Part shown: positions 43,424 to 54,427 of the stretch, in pieces
Layout: every line of letters begins with the position of its first letter
Position numbering within the stretch: position 1 is the first letter of the stretch
Assembly (NCBI GenBank): GCA_963783375.1
Contig: CAWANH010000028.1
Location: 480,001-544,000, forward strand
Source of the DNA: Candidatus Eiseniibacteriota bacterium
GTDB taxonomy: Bacteria; Eisenbacteria; RBG-16-71-46; JABDJR01
Length of the DNA: 64,000 bases
Direction of reading: 5' to 3'
Made by a program: the position numbers and the translations under genes
The notes under the pieces: generated by a model
What the model was told of the DNA's origin: nothing
Database searches by the model: none
The model's input: only the letters and a program-made list of their open reading frames with translations

Positions 43424-44569
43424 CTACCTGTCGGTGATCGAGATCTCCAATCCCCGCTTCCCCAACTCCTCCAGGAACCGATCCGGATCGATGCACCGCT
43501 CCTGGGGGTGCGCCCCCTTGGCCTCGACTTCGCCGCGCGCGAGCATCATCAGCACCGTGGTGGCCGGGTACGCCGTGCACCGCATCATCGCGGTGAGCCC
43601 GTTCTCCGCATCTGGGTAGTCGATCATCTGGTAGACCCGGCGCGCCGCGCGCCCGCCCCGCTTCCCCGTCGCGGTCAGCCGCATCAGGATCACGTCGGGC
43701 TCGCCCCGGTCCAGGACCGGCTCCGCCACCTTCGCGAATACCGCCCGCGGCGCCACCCGGACCCCGTCCACCTCCACCGGCTCCCAGGACAGGAGCCCCA
43801 GCTCCTTCATGACCCGGATCACCCCCCCGTGGCCCGGATAGCGGATGGTCTTGTAGTTCAGCCGCCTGACGCGCCCGCGATAGGTCTCGGGAAGGGTCGA
43901 CGTCCCTCCCGAGGTCGCGAACGCCTCCATCCGCCCGAAGGGCGGCGGGAACTCCAGCTCCTCGAAGGAACCCGGGCACGGCACCGACCGGATCTCCCCG
44001 TCCTCGATCACCACCGCATCCTCGACGTACTCGTTGATGAGGCCCTGGATGTTGAAGACGAGCGAGTAGTCGAGGATCCCGCCCCGCTTCTGGGGGAGAC
44101 CGCCCACGCGGATCTCCAGCGACTCCGTCTCGTCGAACGAGGCCACGGCGTGGGCGGCCAGGACCGCCACCATCCCCGGGGCCAGGCCGCAGTCGGGGAC
44201 CACCGTCACCCCGGCCTCCCGGGCCGCTCCGTCGAGCGCCAGTTCCTCGGACACCACCGCGTTGTTCCCCCCCAGATCGCAGAACGAACACCCCGCCCCG
44301 ACCGCCGCCCGCGCGAGCCCCGCGTTGAAGCGATACGGCACCGCGCTCAGGGCGGCCCGGGCGCCGGCGAGCAGCCGGCCCGCCGCCTCGGGGTCCGCCG
44401 CGTCCAACGCCACCGGGCGGACCCGCGGATCCCCCCATCGCCGGGCCAGGGCCTCCGCCCGGGCCGGGTCGGCGTCGGCCACCGTGATCTCGGTCAGGTC
44501 CTTCTGTAGCACCAGGTCGTGACCGGCGGCCTGGGCCTGCAATCCCGCCCCCAAGAGCACCACGCGCAT
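43424..44569 (-). CDS. Saccharopine dehydrogenase / lysine 6-dehydrogenase family oxidoreductase
   Basis: LGAG Rossmann motif, SAVPYRFN, DLGGN, DCGLAPG, VGGLP, GLINEY, YKTIRYPGH. Confidence 0.88.
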   Translation of the reverse strand: MRVVLLGAGLQAQAAGHDLVLQKDLTEITVADADPARAEALARRWGDPRVRPVALDAADPEAAGRLLAGARAALSAVPYRFNAGLARAAVGAGCSFCDLGGNNAVVSEELALDGAAREAGVTVVPDCGLAPGMVAVLAAHAVASFDETESLEIRVGGLPQKRGGILDYSLVFNIQGLINEYVEDAVVIEDGEIRSVPCPGSFEELEFPPPFGRMEAFATSGGTSTLPETYRGRVRRLNYKTIRYPGHGGVIRVMKELGLLSWEPVEVDGVRVAPRAVFAKVAEPVLDRGEPDVILMRLTATGKRGGRAARRVYQMIDYPDAENGLTAMMRCTAYPATTVLMMLARGEVEAKGAHPQERCIDPDRFLEELGKRGLEISITDR

Positions 44570-44733
44570 CCATTCCTCCTTCAAGACCCCCGCGGCCGGC
44601 CGGTTCCCGATCGCGTTTTAGGGGTGGACATTCCCGGGGAACATTGCACCATACATGGAGGGTTCCGGTCTCCCCCCGCCTCGGACCCCCGGCACGAGGC
44701 GCCGGCCCCCCGGCCCCAACCAGGAGGGGTGCC

Positions 44734-46173
44734 ATGCTCGAACACAGGGTCCTCGACTTCTTCACCTCGGTCTGCCCCACCCGGCCCGGGGACACCCTTC
44801 TGGTGGCGGTTTCGGGAGGTCCCGACTCGGTGGCCCTCCTCCACCTCCTTCTCAGGGTCCGGGACACCCTCGGCCTGAACCTTCACGCCGCCCACTTGAA
44901 CCACCGGATCCGCGGCGAAGAGGCCCGGGAGGACGCCCGGTTCGTGGCCGAGCTGGCCGCGGCCCACGGCCTGACCCTCCACGGAAGAACGGTGGACGTC
45001 CCCGCCCTCCGGGAGAAGGAAGGCGGATCCCTGGAGGCCCTGGCCCGCCGCGAGCGCTACGGGTTCCTGGAGGAGGCGCGGGCGGTGGCCGGAGCCAAGT
45101 GGGTGGTGACCGGCCACACCGCCGACGATCAGGTGGAGACCTTTCTCCTGAACATGATCCGGGGAGCGGGCCCCCGAGGCCTCGGCGGCATGCTTCCGGT
45201 CGGACCCGGCTCCATGTGCCGGCCGCTCCTCACCAGCTGGCGGGCGGAGATCCTGGCCTTCCTCGATGAGGAGAACGCCGATTACCGCATGGATTCCTCC
45301 AACCGGGACGTCACCCTGACCCGGAATCGGGTCCGGGAGCACGTGGTACCCCTCTTGACCGAGGAGTTCGGGAAGGGCGTGACGTCGGTCCTGGCTCGTG
45401 AGTCCCAGCTCATGAACGAGGTGGACGATTTCCTGAGCCTGGAGGGGGCCCGGATCCTCCGGAGCGCCAACCTGGGCCGGGAGCCGGGGGAAGGCGGACC
45501 CGAGATCCGCCTGTCCATTCCGGAACTCAAGAAGTACCACAAGGTTCTGCAACGATCGGCGCTCCGGGCGGCGGTGGAGGACCTGGTCGGCGATCTCGAC
45601 GAGGTCACCCTGGCCCACGTGGACGCGGTCCTGGACCTGTGCGGCAGCGACCGGGGAACGGGGGGGGTCGACCTCGCCCGGGGGCTCACCGCCCGGCGGG
45701 AATACGACGCCCTCACCCTGGGGCCCGCGGGGGAGCCCGCGGAGTTCGCGGCTCCCCAGCCGTCTCCCCCCATCGACCTGAACCGGGACGGTGAGACCCG
45801 GTGGGGGGCGATCCATCTCAGCTGGGGGCTGGCCCCATCCGGGGGTCCGGACCTGGAATCCTGCGTGGGAGCGCCGGAAAAGAGCTGTTTCGACCGGGAA
45901 GGGCTGGTTCCGCCGGTCTATCTCCGGGCGGCCCGGACCGGGGACCGGATCGAGCCCCTGGGGATGGAGGGAAGCCAGAAGATCAGTGATCTCCTCATCA
46001 ATCGAAAGGTCCCGCGACGGCTCAGGACTCGGGTGGCCCTTCTGTGCGACAATGGGGGGGCGGAGGGCGGAGAACGGATTCTCTGGGTCACCGGCCACCG
46101 CCGGGCCGGCCACGCCCCGGTCCTTCCGGATACGTCTCAAGTCGTGATCTTTGAAGCCGAAACGATAATCTGA
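44734..46173 (+). CDS. tilS: tRNA(Ile)-lysidine synthase
   Basis: [45 protein letters not shown]. Confidence 0.96.
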   Translation: MLEHRVLDFFTSVCPTRPGDTLLVAVSGGPDSVALLHLLLRVRDTLGLNLHAAHLNHRIRGEEAREDARFVAELAAAHGLTLHGRTVDVPALREKEGGSLEALARRERYGFLEEARAVAGAKWVVTGHTADDQVETFLLNMIRGAGPRGLGGMLPVGPGSMCRPLLTSWRAEILAFLDEENADYRMDSSNRDVTLTRNRVREHVVPLLTEEFGKGVTSVLARESQLMNEVDDFLSLEGARILRSANLGREPGEGGPEIRLSIPELKKYHKVLQRSALRAAVEDLVGDLDEVTLAHVDAVLDLCGSDRGTGGVDLARGLTARREYDALTLGPAGEPAEFAAPQPSPPIDLNRDGETRWGAIHLSWGLAPSGGPDLESCVGAPEKSCFDREGLVPPVYLRAARTGDRIEPLGMEGSQKISDLLINRKVPRRLRTRVALLCDNGGAEGGERILWVTGHRRAGHAPVLPDTSQVVIFEAETII

Positions 46174-46262
46174 CGGCGGGTATTCCGTCCGAACCGCCGG
46201 CCGTCGGGGCCCCGCGACGGCGCGGAAACCCCGATCCCTGTGTTCGAAAGGAAGATTTGCGG

Positions 46263-48359
46263 ATGTCCTCCAAGAAACCCGATTTCATCGACGCGGTCCA
46301 TCGGCGCCTCGGCGGGGGCGGCGACGACGAGGAGCCGCCCGGTCCGCGTCGCCGGGAACCCCCGGGAGGGCCCGGCGGGCGGAAGCCCCCCCCTCTCATG
46401 ACCCCAAGGCCGCTGAAGACCGTGGCCTTCTGGCTCATGATGCTCGTCCTGGTGCTCCTGGCGGTGAACTTCTACCACCTGAGCCGCCCCGAAGAGCGCC
46501 GGCTCACCTATTCCCGTCTCTCCGAGGAGATCGAGGCCGGAAACATCAAGGTCCTCAAGATCGCCGACAAGGAAGCCACCGGCGAGCTTCGTCAGCCGGT
46601 GATGGTAAGCACCGACGGTCGGAACGAGAGCGTGAAGAGCTTCACCACCGACCTCCCGATGCAGCCCAGCGACGACTTCATCGCCAAGATCCAGAACAAG
46701 AACCCGGACGCGGAGATCGACGGGGCCAAGGAGCGGACCAACTGGTTCCAGATCCTCCTCACCTGGTTCCCGATCCTCCTCATCGTCGGCTTCTGGCTCT
46801 TCTTCATCCGCCAGATGCAGTCCGGCGGGTCGGCGGCGCTCAAGTTCGGAAAGAGCAAGGCCAAGCTCCTGATCGAGAACAAGCCCAAGATCACCTTCAA
46901 GGACGTGGCCGGGGCGGACGAGGCCAAGGAGGAGCTCCAGGAGATCATCGAGTTCCTCAAGGACCCGAAGAAGTTCCAGGTCCTGGGCGGGCGCATCCCC
47001 AAGGGGGCGCTGCTCCTGGGTCCGCCCGGCACCGGGAAGACGCTCCTGGCCAAGGCGGCGGCCGGCGAGGCCGGTGTGCCCTTCTTCAGCATGTCCGGCT
47101 CGGATTTCGTGGAGATGTTCGTGGGGGTGGGCGCCTCGCGGGTGCGCGACCTCTTCGAGCAGGGGAAACGCCACGCCCCCTGCATCATGTTCATCGATGA
47201 GATCGACGCGGTGGGCCGCCACCGGGGCGCAGGCCTGGGGGGCGGTCACGACGAGCGTGAGCAGACCCTGAACCAGCTCCTGGTGGAGATGGACGGCTTC
47301 GAATCCAACGAGGGCGTGATCCTGGTGGCCGCCACCAACCGCCCGGACGTGCTCGACCCCGCGCTCCTGCGTCCCGGCCGCTTCGACCGGCAGATCGTGG
47401 TGGACGCTCCCGACGTCAAGGGCCGCGAGGAGATCCTCCGCATCCACACCCGGAAGATCCCGCTCTCCGACGACGTCGAGCTGAACGTGATCGCCCGGGG
47501 AACCCCGGGGATGGTGGGGGCGGACCTGGCCAACATGGTGAACGAGGCCGCGCTCCTGGCCGCCCGGCACAACCATCGCCGGGTCACCATGCGGGACTTC
47601 GAGGACGCCAAGGACAAGGTGATGATGGGGGCCGAGCGCAAGAGTCGCATCATCAACGAGGACGAGAAGAAGGTCACCGCCTACCACGAGGCGGGTCACA
47701 CCCTGGTCGGGAAGCTCACCCCCGGGGCGGACCCCATCCACAAGGTGACCATCGTCCCGCGCGGGCGGGCGCTGGGGGTGACCCATTTCCTCCCCCTCGA
47801 CGAGCGCCACACCTACACCCGTGAGTACTGCGAAGGGGTCCTGGCCCGGATGCTCGGCGGCCGGGGCGCCGAGGAGGTCATCTTCGGCGAGATCACCACC
47901 GGGGCCGGGAACGACATCGAGCAGGCCACCAACCTGGCCCGCAAGATGGTATGCGAGTGGGGCATGAGCGAGGATCTGGGCCCCCTCACCTACGGCAACA
48001 AGCAGGAGATGGTCTTCCTGGGGAAGGAACTCGGGCACGAGCGCAACTACTCCGAGGCCACCCAGCAGAAGATCGATCGGGAGATCCGCCGCCTGGTGGA
48101 GGAGAGCCACCAGCGGGCGCTGACGATCCTCCGGGAGAACGAGCCCAAGCTCCATGCCCTGGCCGTCGCCCTCCTGGAACGCGAGATCCTCGACGCCAAG
48201 GAGATCGACAAGCTGATCCGGGGAGAGGAGCTCGATCCCTTCCGGCCCGAGGAGGAGACGGCCGACAAGCCGGTCCTCCCTCCCACCCGGGAGGAGGAGC
48301 CCGATCGCCCGAAGGGCCGGATCCAGCCCTCACCGGACCCCCATCCGGGTCCGGCCTAG
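46263..48359 (+). CDS. ftsH: ATP-dependent zinc metalloprotease FtsH
   Basis: Two TM helices, [27 protein letters not shown]. Confidence 0.98.
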   Translation: MSSKKPDFIDAVHRRLGGGGDDEEPPGPRRREPPGGPGGRKPPPLMTPRPLKTVAFWLMMLVLVLLAVNFYHLSRPEERRLTYSRLSEEIEAGNIKVLKIADKEATGELRQPVMVSTDGRNESVKSFTTDLPMQPSDDFIAKIQNKNPDAEIDGAKERTNWFQILLTWFPILLIVGFWLFFIRQMQSGGSAALKFGKSKAKLLIENKPKITFKDVAGADEAKEELQEIIEFLKDPKKFQVLGGRIPKGALLLGPPGTGKTLLAKAAAGEAGVPFFSMSGSDFVEMFVGVGASRVRDLFEQGKRHAPCIMFIDEIDAVGRHRGAGLGGGHDEREQTLNQLLVEMDGFESNEGVILVAATNRPDVLDPALLRPGRFDRQIVVDAPDVKGREEILRIHTRKIPLSDDVELNVIARGTPGMVGADLANMVNEAALLAARHNHRRVTMRDFEDAKDKVMMGAERKSRIINEDEKKVTAYHEAGHTLVGKLTPGADPIHKVTIVPRGRALGVTHFLPLDERHTYTREYCEGVLARMLGGRGAEEVIFGEITTGAGNDIEQATNLARKMVCEWGMSEDLGPLTYGNKQEMVFLGKELGHERNYSEATQQKIDREIRRLVEESHQRALTILRENEPKLHALAVALLEREILDAKEIDKLIRGEELDPFRPEEETADKPVLPPTREEEPDRPKGRIQPSPDPHPGPA

Positions 48360-48369
48360 CGCTCCCGGC

Positions 48370-49232
48370 ATGACCGACTTCAAGGCTCCCTCCCCCCCGC
48401 CCTGGCGGCTTCGGGGAGGGAGCCTCGATTTTTCCCGGGCCCGCATCATGGGGATCGTCAACGTCACCCCCGACTCCTTCTCGGACGGGGGCCGCTTCCC
48501 GGACGCCGCCGCCGCCTGCCGCCATGCCGAGGCCCTGGTGCGCGAGGGAGCGGACCTCCTGGACGTGGGGGGGAGAGCACCCGGCCCGGCGCCGATCCCG
48601 TCCCCGAGGGTGAGGAGCTTCGCCGGGTGGCGCCGGTGGTGCGGGAAGCGGCGCGGTTGGGGGTCCCGGTCTCGGTGGATACCTCCAAGCCCGGGGTGGC
48701 GCGAGCGGCACTGGAGGCGGGAGCGGCGGTGGTGAACGACATCACCGCTCTCGGCGACCCGGCCATGGGGCCCCTGGTGGCCGAAACCGGGGCCGGGGTG
48801 GTCCTCATGCACATGCGGGGCACTCCCCGCACCATGCAGGACGATCCCCGCTACCCGGACCTGATGGTGGAGATCATCCGCTTCCTGGGGGATCGCCGGG
48901 ACCGGGCGGAGGCCGCCGGGGTGGGGCGCTCGGCCATCGTGCTGGACCCGGGGATCGGTTTCGGGAAGCGGGCCGAACACAACCTGGAAATCCTTCGCCG
49001 CCTGACCGAGGTCGCGGCCCTGGGCTCGCCGGTGCTGGTGGGGGCGTCCCGGAAGCGGTTCATCGGGATCCTGACCGGCGTCGAGGATCCGGCGGAGCGG
49101 CGGGACGGGAGCGTCGCCGCGGCGGTGGCGGCCCGCCTGGCCGGGGCCTCGATCCTTCGCGTCCACGACGTGGGGGCCACCCGCCGGGCCCTCCGGGTGG
49201 CTGACGCGGTCCTCGGCCTCGAGCGAACCTGA
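48370..49232 (+). CDS. folP: Dihydropteroate synthase, split by a one-base deletion in a G run (~48567-48573)
   Basis: IMGIVNVTPDSFSDGG in one frame; SVDT, LMHMRG, DPGIGFGK, SRKRF, RVHDV in another; adding one G restores DVGGESTRPG; span is 863 nt (3n-1). Confidence 0.92.
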
Positions 49233-49392
49233 CCCCGGACCGGCATCGGCGGGGTTGCCCCCGATTTGCCCGGAAATTCGCGTTGTTTTCCAGTAACCGC
49301 TCGCATCGAACCCCGCTCAAATGAGAGAATGGGAAGCGAGGGCGTCCAACCTTCGCTTGTCGTCGCCTTCAACCGTTTGAGTAAGCGAGACC

Positions 49393-50205
49393 ATGCTGGA
49401 CTTTCTGGGAAATCACTGGCGAGACATCCTCGACGTCGCTCTCTTGTCCGGCCTGTTCTATTACCTTTTCCGCTTCATCCGGGGCACCCGCGCGGCACAG
49501 ATGTTCGTGGGGCTCCTCATCATCCTCCTCGTCTCCCTCGCCGCCAGCGTCCTCCAGCTCGAAGGGCTCAACTGGATCATCTCGAGCCTCAAGACGGTGT
49601 GGGTGCTGGCCTTCCTCATCCTCTTCCAGCCGGAGCTCAGGAAGGCGCTCACCTCCCTGGGCGGCGGAAAGCTCTTCCGGTCCTTCACCCGCACCCAGGA
49701 GACGTCGATCCTCGGCGAGCTGGTTCGCGCGGTGGAGGGGTTGTCCGAGAAGAGCCTGGGCGCCCTGATCGTGATCGAGCGGAACGTGGGCCTCAAGAAC
49801 ATCATGGAAACCGGCACCCTTCTGGAGGCCCGGGTCTCCGCCGAGCTCCTGATGACCATCTTCACCCCGCCTTCCCCCCTCCATGACGGCGCGGTGGTGA
49901 TCGCGGGAAGCCAGGTGACCGCGGCCGGATGCATCCTTCCCCTGAGCCTGAACCCCCGTCTTGCCTACGCCCTGGGGACCCGGCACCGGGCCGCGCTGGG
50001 GATCAGCGAGGAGAGCGACGCCATCGTGGTGGTGGTGAGCGAGGAGACCGCCCACGTGTCCATCGCCGAGGGAGGCCGGCTCATTCCCAACCTCGACGCC
50101 GGAGCCCTCAGGAGCACCCTGGCCACCCTCTTCAACACCCGCCCCCAGGCCGAGACCGAAACCGAAACCACCCCCGCCCAGGAGGAAGCCCCGGCCCGGC
50201 CCTGA
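49393..50205 (+). CDS. cdaA: Diadenylate cyclase CdaA/DacA
   Basis: Three TM helices, FQPELR, GALIVIER, PLHDGA, GTRHRAA. Confidence 0.93.
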   Translation: MLDFLGNHWRDILDVALLSGLFYYLFRFIRGTRAAQMFVGLLIILLVSLAASVLQLEGLNWIISSLKTVWVLAFLILFQPELRKALTSLGGGKLFRSFTRTQETSILGELVRAVEGLSEKSLGALIVIERNVGLKNIMETGTLLEARVSAELLMTIFTPPSPLHDGAVVIAGSQVTAAGCILPLSLNPRLAYALGTRHRAALGISEESDAIVVVVSEETAHVSIAEGGRLIPNLDAGALRSTLATLFNTRPQAETETETTPAQEEAPARP

Positions 50206-50614
50206 CCCCCGTTCCCGCGCGCCCAACCCGCTGATGCTCCGCACCATGACAGGATTTCGCACCCGCGAAAACCCGACCGTATCCGTCGGTGATCCTCCTC
50301 CGGCAATCCGTTTCGGATCTTTTTCTGCCGGGAACCATCCAAAGAATGTATGGCGCGCGGCGATCCGGCGGCAGTATGATCCCGGCCGCTCAAACTGCCG
50401 GGACAACGCCCCCATGCGGGGGCGTTCCCATGTGGGCTCGTTCTAACCCAGGGTTCCGCGGCTTGCCGCACCGGCGAACCCCCGATCGAGCGGGCACGGG
50501 AGCGTGTACCAAGGTGAAGCGTCCGCCCGAGCGAAGGCGGCCTCCACCGGGGCCCGGACGGGCCCTTCGCGGCAGCCGGCATTCGCCGGCTAAGAAGTGA
50601 AGGCAGTGACAACC

Positions 50615-51214
50615 ATGAAGACGAAGCTCTTCGTCTCGTTTCTCGTGTTGACGACGGCGGCCATGGGCTGCGCCAAGGCCCCCAGCGACCAGGTGGCCGC
50701 GACGGAAAGCGCCATTTCCACCGCCACCTCGGCCGACGCCGAGACCTACGCCCCCGAGGCGATGGCGGCGGCCCGGGACTCCCTCGCCGCGGCCAAGGCG
50801 GTGATCGATGCCCAGGGCAAGTCCTTCGCGCCCTTCCGCAAGTACGGAAAGGCCGAGGCCCTGCTGGCCCAGGCCCAGGAAGCGGCCCGGGAGGCCGAGA
50901 CCGAAGCCCAGGCCAAGAAGGCCGAGGTGAAAACCCAGGTCGAGGGTCTCCTGGCCGAGGCCACCGCGGGCATCGACTCCGCGGCCCAGATGCTCTCCTA
51001 CGCTCCCGCGGGGAAGGACAACCGCGCGGACCTGGAGATGATGAAGGCCGATCTCGACGCCATGCGGACCTCGCTAACCGACGCGCAGGCGCTCTTTGAC
51101 GGCGGCAACTACATGGAAGCCCAGACCAAGGCCCAGGTCCTGGTGGATCAGCTCCAGAAGATGAACTCCGAGCTCTCCGCCGCGACCGCGAACAGGAAGG
51201 CCAAGAAGTCCTAG
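50615..51214 (+). CDS. Ala-rich helical lipoprotein (DUF4398-like)
   Basis: Lipobox AMG-C; AETYAPE..AAA helical repeats. Confidence 0.75.
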   Translation: MKTKLFVSFLVLTTAAMGCAKAPSDQVAATESAISTATSADAETYAPEAMAAARDSLAAAKAVIDAQGKSFAPFRKYGKAEALLAQAQEAAREAETEAQAKKAEVKTQVEGLLAEATAGIDSAAQMLSYAPAGKDNRADLEMMKADLDAMRTSLTDAQALFDGGNYMEAQTKAQVLVDQLQKMNSELSAATANRKAKKS

Positions 51215-51305
51215 CAAGCAGGCCGCAATCGTAGATCGGGAAGCCGGGTCCGCATGGACCCGGCTCTCTCGTATTCGCACCCCGCCTCGGGTACGATGGG
51301 GTTCC

Positions 51306-52448
51306 ATGAAACGCCACCGCCTTCGAGCTTCTCTATTCGCCGCCGCCGCCCTGGTCCTCACGGTGGCCGGCGGACTCTTCTTGATGGTGGCCACCGGCTA
51401 CGGTCGACTGGGCGACGAGAGCTTCCGCGCCGCCCGCACCGCGATCTCCGAGGCCTCGTTGGCCCGGGGGGACGAGTACGCGTCCGCCCCCATGGACTCC
51501 GCCCGCGTCTGGCTGGCCCGGGCCGAGGCCATGAACGTGGACATCCCCCGCACCTGGTACGGCCGGCCCCGCGCCGACCTGGTCCACGCCGCGCTCTCCC
51601 AGGTGCCCCGGTGGACGGCGGCGGCCCTGGCCCAGGCCGAGAGCGCGCGAGCGGTACGGATGACCGCCGCCCGGGCGCGGCTGGCCTCGGCCGAGGCGGA
51701 TCTGGCGACCATGAAGGTCCGCGCGGGTCGCGCCTCCGGAAAGCGAACCAACCGGACCCTGGCCACCCGGGCCGAACTGGAGGTGGCCGAAGCCCGGCGG
51801 TGGCTGGAGCGGGGGGAGCCGGCCCGGGCCGAAACCGCCCTCTCCCGGCTGGAGTCCCGCTCCTCCCGGTTGGGTGAGCGGCTGGACGAGGACTCCCGGC
51901 GGTTCGACTCGGCCGACTCCCAGGCCCGTTGGCGCACCTGGGTGGCCGAGGGAACCCGGCTCAGCCGGAGCGGGACCAAGGTTCTGGTGGTGGAGAAGGA
52001 GTCGCGGAGCGCGTTCCTGATCCGGGGCGGAAAGGTGTCCCGGGTCTATTCGGTCGACCTCGGGGTGGAGGGCACGCGGCCCAAGACCCGGCAGGGGGAC
52101 CTGGCCACCCCGGAAGGCCTCTACACGATCACCCGGAAGAAATCGGGGGGGGAGACGCGGTACCACAAGGCGCTTCTCCTCAACTACCCCAACGCCGAGG
52201 ACCGGGCCCGGTTCCAGCGGCGGAAGCGGGACGGGGAGATCGCCCCGGGGACGAAGCTCGGGGGGTCGATCGAGATCCACGGCGACGGAGGTCGCCGGAC
52301 GGATTGGACGCTGGGGTGCGTCGCTCTGGCGAACCCGGACATGGATGCGCTCTACGGCGCGCTTTCGGTGGGGGATCGGGTGGTCATCGTGGGCCGGGTG
52401 CCGGAGGGGCTACTGGATTCCGCGGCGCTGAGGGAGGCCAGGCGATGA
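51306..52448 (+). CDS. L,D-transpeptidase (YkuD) family protein with N-terminal coiled coil
   Basis: LVVEK, GDLATPEGLY, LLNYPN, IEIHG...WTLGCVAL. Confidence 0.9.
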   Translation: MKRHRLRASLFAAAALVLTVAGGLFLMVATGYGRLGDESFRAARTAISEASLARGDEYASAPMDSARVWLARAEAMNVDIPRTWYGRPRADLVHAALSQVPRWTAAALAQAESARAVRMTAARARLASAEADLATMKVRAGRASGKRTNRTLATRAELEVAEARRWLERGEPARAETALSRLESRSSRLGERLDEDSRRFDSADSQARWRTWVAEGTRLSRSGTKVLVVEKESRSAFLIRGGKVSRVYSVDLGVEGTRPKTRQGDLATPEGLYTITRKKSGGETRYHKALLLNYPNAEDRARFQRRKRDGEIAPGTKLGGSIEIHGDGGRRTDWTLGCVALANPDMDALYGALSVGDRVVIVGRVPEGLLDSAALREARR

Positions 52449-53098
52449 AACGGGGGTGGGGACGGCGCGCGGCCCGGGTGTTCGGGCTCGCCGGGCTGCT
52501 CGCGGCCTCGGCGGGGGTGACGGGGTGCGGGCGGAGCGAGGCCAGGGTGGACGTGGAGGCGCTCCGGACCGAGGACATCGCCCTCGCCAAGGAAGTGAAC
52601 CGGATGCGCGCGGCGCGGGAGAGGGTGCTCGCGGAGATCGACCGGCTGGAGCCCGCGGGAAACTACATCGTGGTCGACACCTACCGGAACCGGGTCCGGC
52701 TCATGAAGGGGAGCCGGGTGGTGCTGGAGGACGTGTGTTCCACCGGCACCAACGCCTCCCTCGCCGACACCGCTTCGGGCCGGGAGTGGACCTTCCGAAC
52801 CCCGCGGGGCCGGCGCGCGGTCCGGGGATCCGCGCTCGAGGATCCGGTGTGGATGCGGCCGGACTGGGCGTTCATCGAGGAGGGCGAGGCTCCGCCCGAC
52901 AACCCGCGCGACCGGGCCGAGGGCGGCGTCCTCGGGAAGTACGCCATTCCCATCGGGGACGGTTACTTCATCCACGGCACGCTCTACACCCGGCTCCTGG
53001 GGTACCCCGCCACTCACGGCTGCGTGCGGCTCGGGGACAAGACCCTGGCCCGGATCGTGAAAGTGGCCAAGCCGGGCACTCCGGTCATCATCTACTAG
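52445..53098 (+). CDS. L,D-transpeptidase (YkuD) family lipoprotein
   Basis: ATGA overlap; lipobox VTG-C; CSTG, TPRG, YFIHGT...THGCVRL. Confidence 0.9.
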   Translation: MKRGWGRRAARVFGLAGLLAASAGVTGCGRSEARVDVEALRTEDIALAKEVNRMRAARERVLAEIDRLEPAGNYIVVDTYRNRVRLMKGSRVVLEDVCSTGTNASLADTASGREWTFRTPRGRRAVRGSALEDPVWMRPDWAFIEEGEAPPDNPRDRAEGGVLGKYAIPIGDGYFIHGTLYTRLLGYPATHGCVRLGDKTLARIVKVAKPGTPVIIY

Positions 53099-53111
53099 GC
53101 GGGGGACGACC

Positions 53112-53863
53112 GTGCACCACGTGATCTCCTGCCCGGCGCGCGCTCTTCTGGCGCTGGCGGTTTTCCTTTCGATGCTCGGCGGCGCGGGCTGTCGCGGGTC
53201 GGACCGGCGCGACGCCGGCCGGGAGGCGGCGCGGGAAGCCGAGCACCTCCAGGCCAGGCGCGACTCCCTCACCGTCCTCCGCGACCAGGAGCGCTACGAC
53301 CTCGCCTTTGCACGGGGCGAGCTCACCGCGGCGCGGGGACGGCTTCCCTACCTGGTCCTGGACCTTCAACAGGGGAAGGTGCTCCTCGAGGTGGCAGGCA
53401 CGGTCTACGACACCCTGGCGGTCTCGAAGTTCGAGCTGGGAGAGGGGGCCGCGGATTCCCTGGCCGCCCATCCCCTGCACCACCTGATCGCGGCCCAGAT
53501 CCTGGCCGCGCACCCGGCCGAACTGGAGGCCGACACCACGGTGGACAAGGCGGCCGCGGTCCTGGCCCGGATCATCCCCCCCGCCCGAGGCCGCTCCGCC
53601 TGGCCCTCCACACCGACGGTCTGACCGTCCGGGCCACCGCCTCCGACGTGAAGAGCCCCTGGGACGATTTGAAGCTCTTCGTACAGCGGACCTGGGGGAA
53701 GACGCCGGAGGAGAACCCGTCGTCCCCCCCCGTGCGGCTGGATCTGGAGGTGGAGGGGAGCGAGCTCGGCCGGCTGGAACACTTCCTCGAGGGGGGGATG
53801 CCGGTCCTCGTCCACCTTCCCGCCGAGGACCACGCGAGGATGGTGCGCAGATCGGAGGAATGA
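53112..53863 (+). CDS. Hypothetical lipoprotein, split by a one-base deletion in a C run (~53576-53582)
   Basis: Lipobox GAG-C; adding one C joins ORF 53112..53624 to 53648..53863; span is 752 nt (3n-1); YLVLDL and GMPVLV recall a YkuD-like scaffold with no catalytic His/Cys. Confidence 0.6.
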
Positions 53864-53866
53864 CGC

Positions 53867-54376
53867 GTGCAGAACATCGAGATCAAGGCGCCGGTCCGCG
53901 ACGTCGCCGAGCTCACCGCGCGGATCGAGAGGCTCGGCGCGTCCCGGGAATGGGCCCGCGGCCAGCGGGACGTCTTCTTCCGCGTGGCCGAGGGCTACCT
54001 GAAGCTCCGGACGGTGGCAGGTGAACCGGGAGAGCTGATCGCCTACGTCCGCGCTTCGGGGAGCGAGCCTCGCCCCTCGGACTACGACATCGCGCCGGTG
54101 GACGACCCGGCGAAGCTGGAGCGGGTGCTCACCCGGAGCCTCGGCGTTCGCGGCGTGGTGAAGAAGACGCGGACGCTCCATCTCTGGCGCCACACCCGCA
54201 TCCACCTGGACCGGGTGGATGGGCTGGGCGACTTCATGGAGCTCGAAACCGTGGTCCAGGGGATCACCCCGGAGGAGGCCCGGGCGGAGACCCACACGGT
54301 CATCGGGGCCCTCGCCCTGGATCCGGACGACTTCCTCGACCGGCCGTACCTGGAGCTCCTGGAGGCGGCGGGGTAG
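53867..54376 (+). CDS. CYTH domain / class IV adenylate cyclase-like (CyaB family)
   Basis: NIEIKA (ExExK), QRDVFF, LKLR, VKKTR, IHLDRVDGLGDFMELE. Confidence 0.9.
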   Translation: MQNIEIKAPVRDVAELTARIERLGASREWARGQRDVFFRVAEGYLKLRTVAGEPGELIAYVRASGSEPRPSDYDIAPVDDPAKLERVLTRSLGVRGVVKKTRTLHLWRHTRIHLDRVDGLGDFMELETVVQGITPEEARAETHTVIGALALDPDDFLDRPYLELLEAAG

Positions 54377-54427
54377 CGACCGGCCGGGAGCATGACCCGG
54401 CCTGGAGGCGAGAGCGAAGCGCCCGGG

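Noticed and set aside
48370-49232. Programmed frameshift or true pseudogene in folP (and atpH)
   Set aside because: A single indel with otherwise intact motifs; a sequencing error is more parsimonious.
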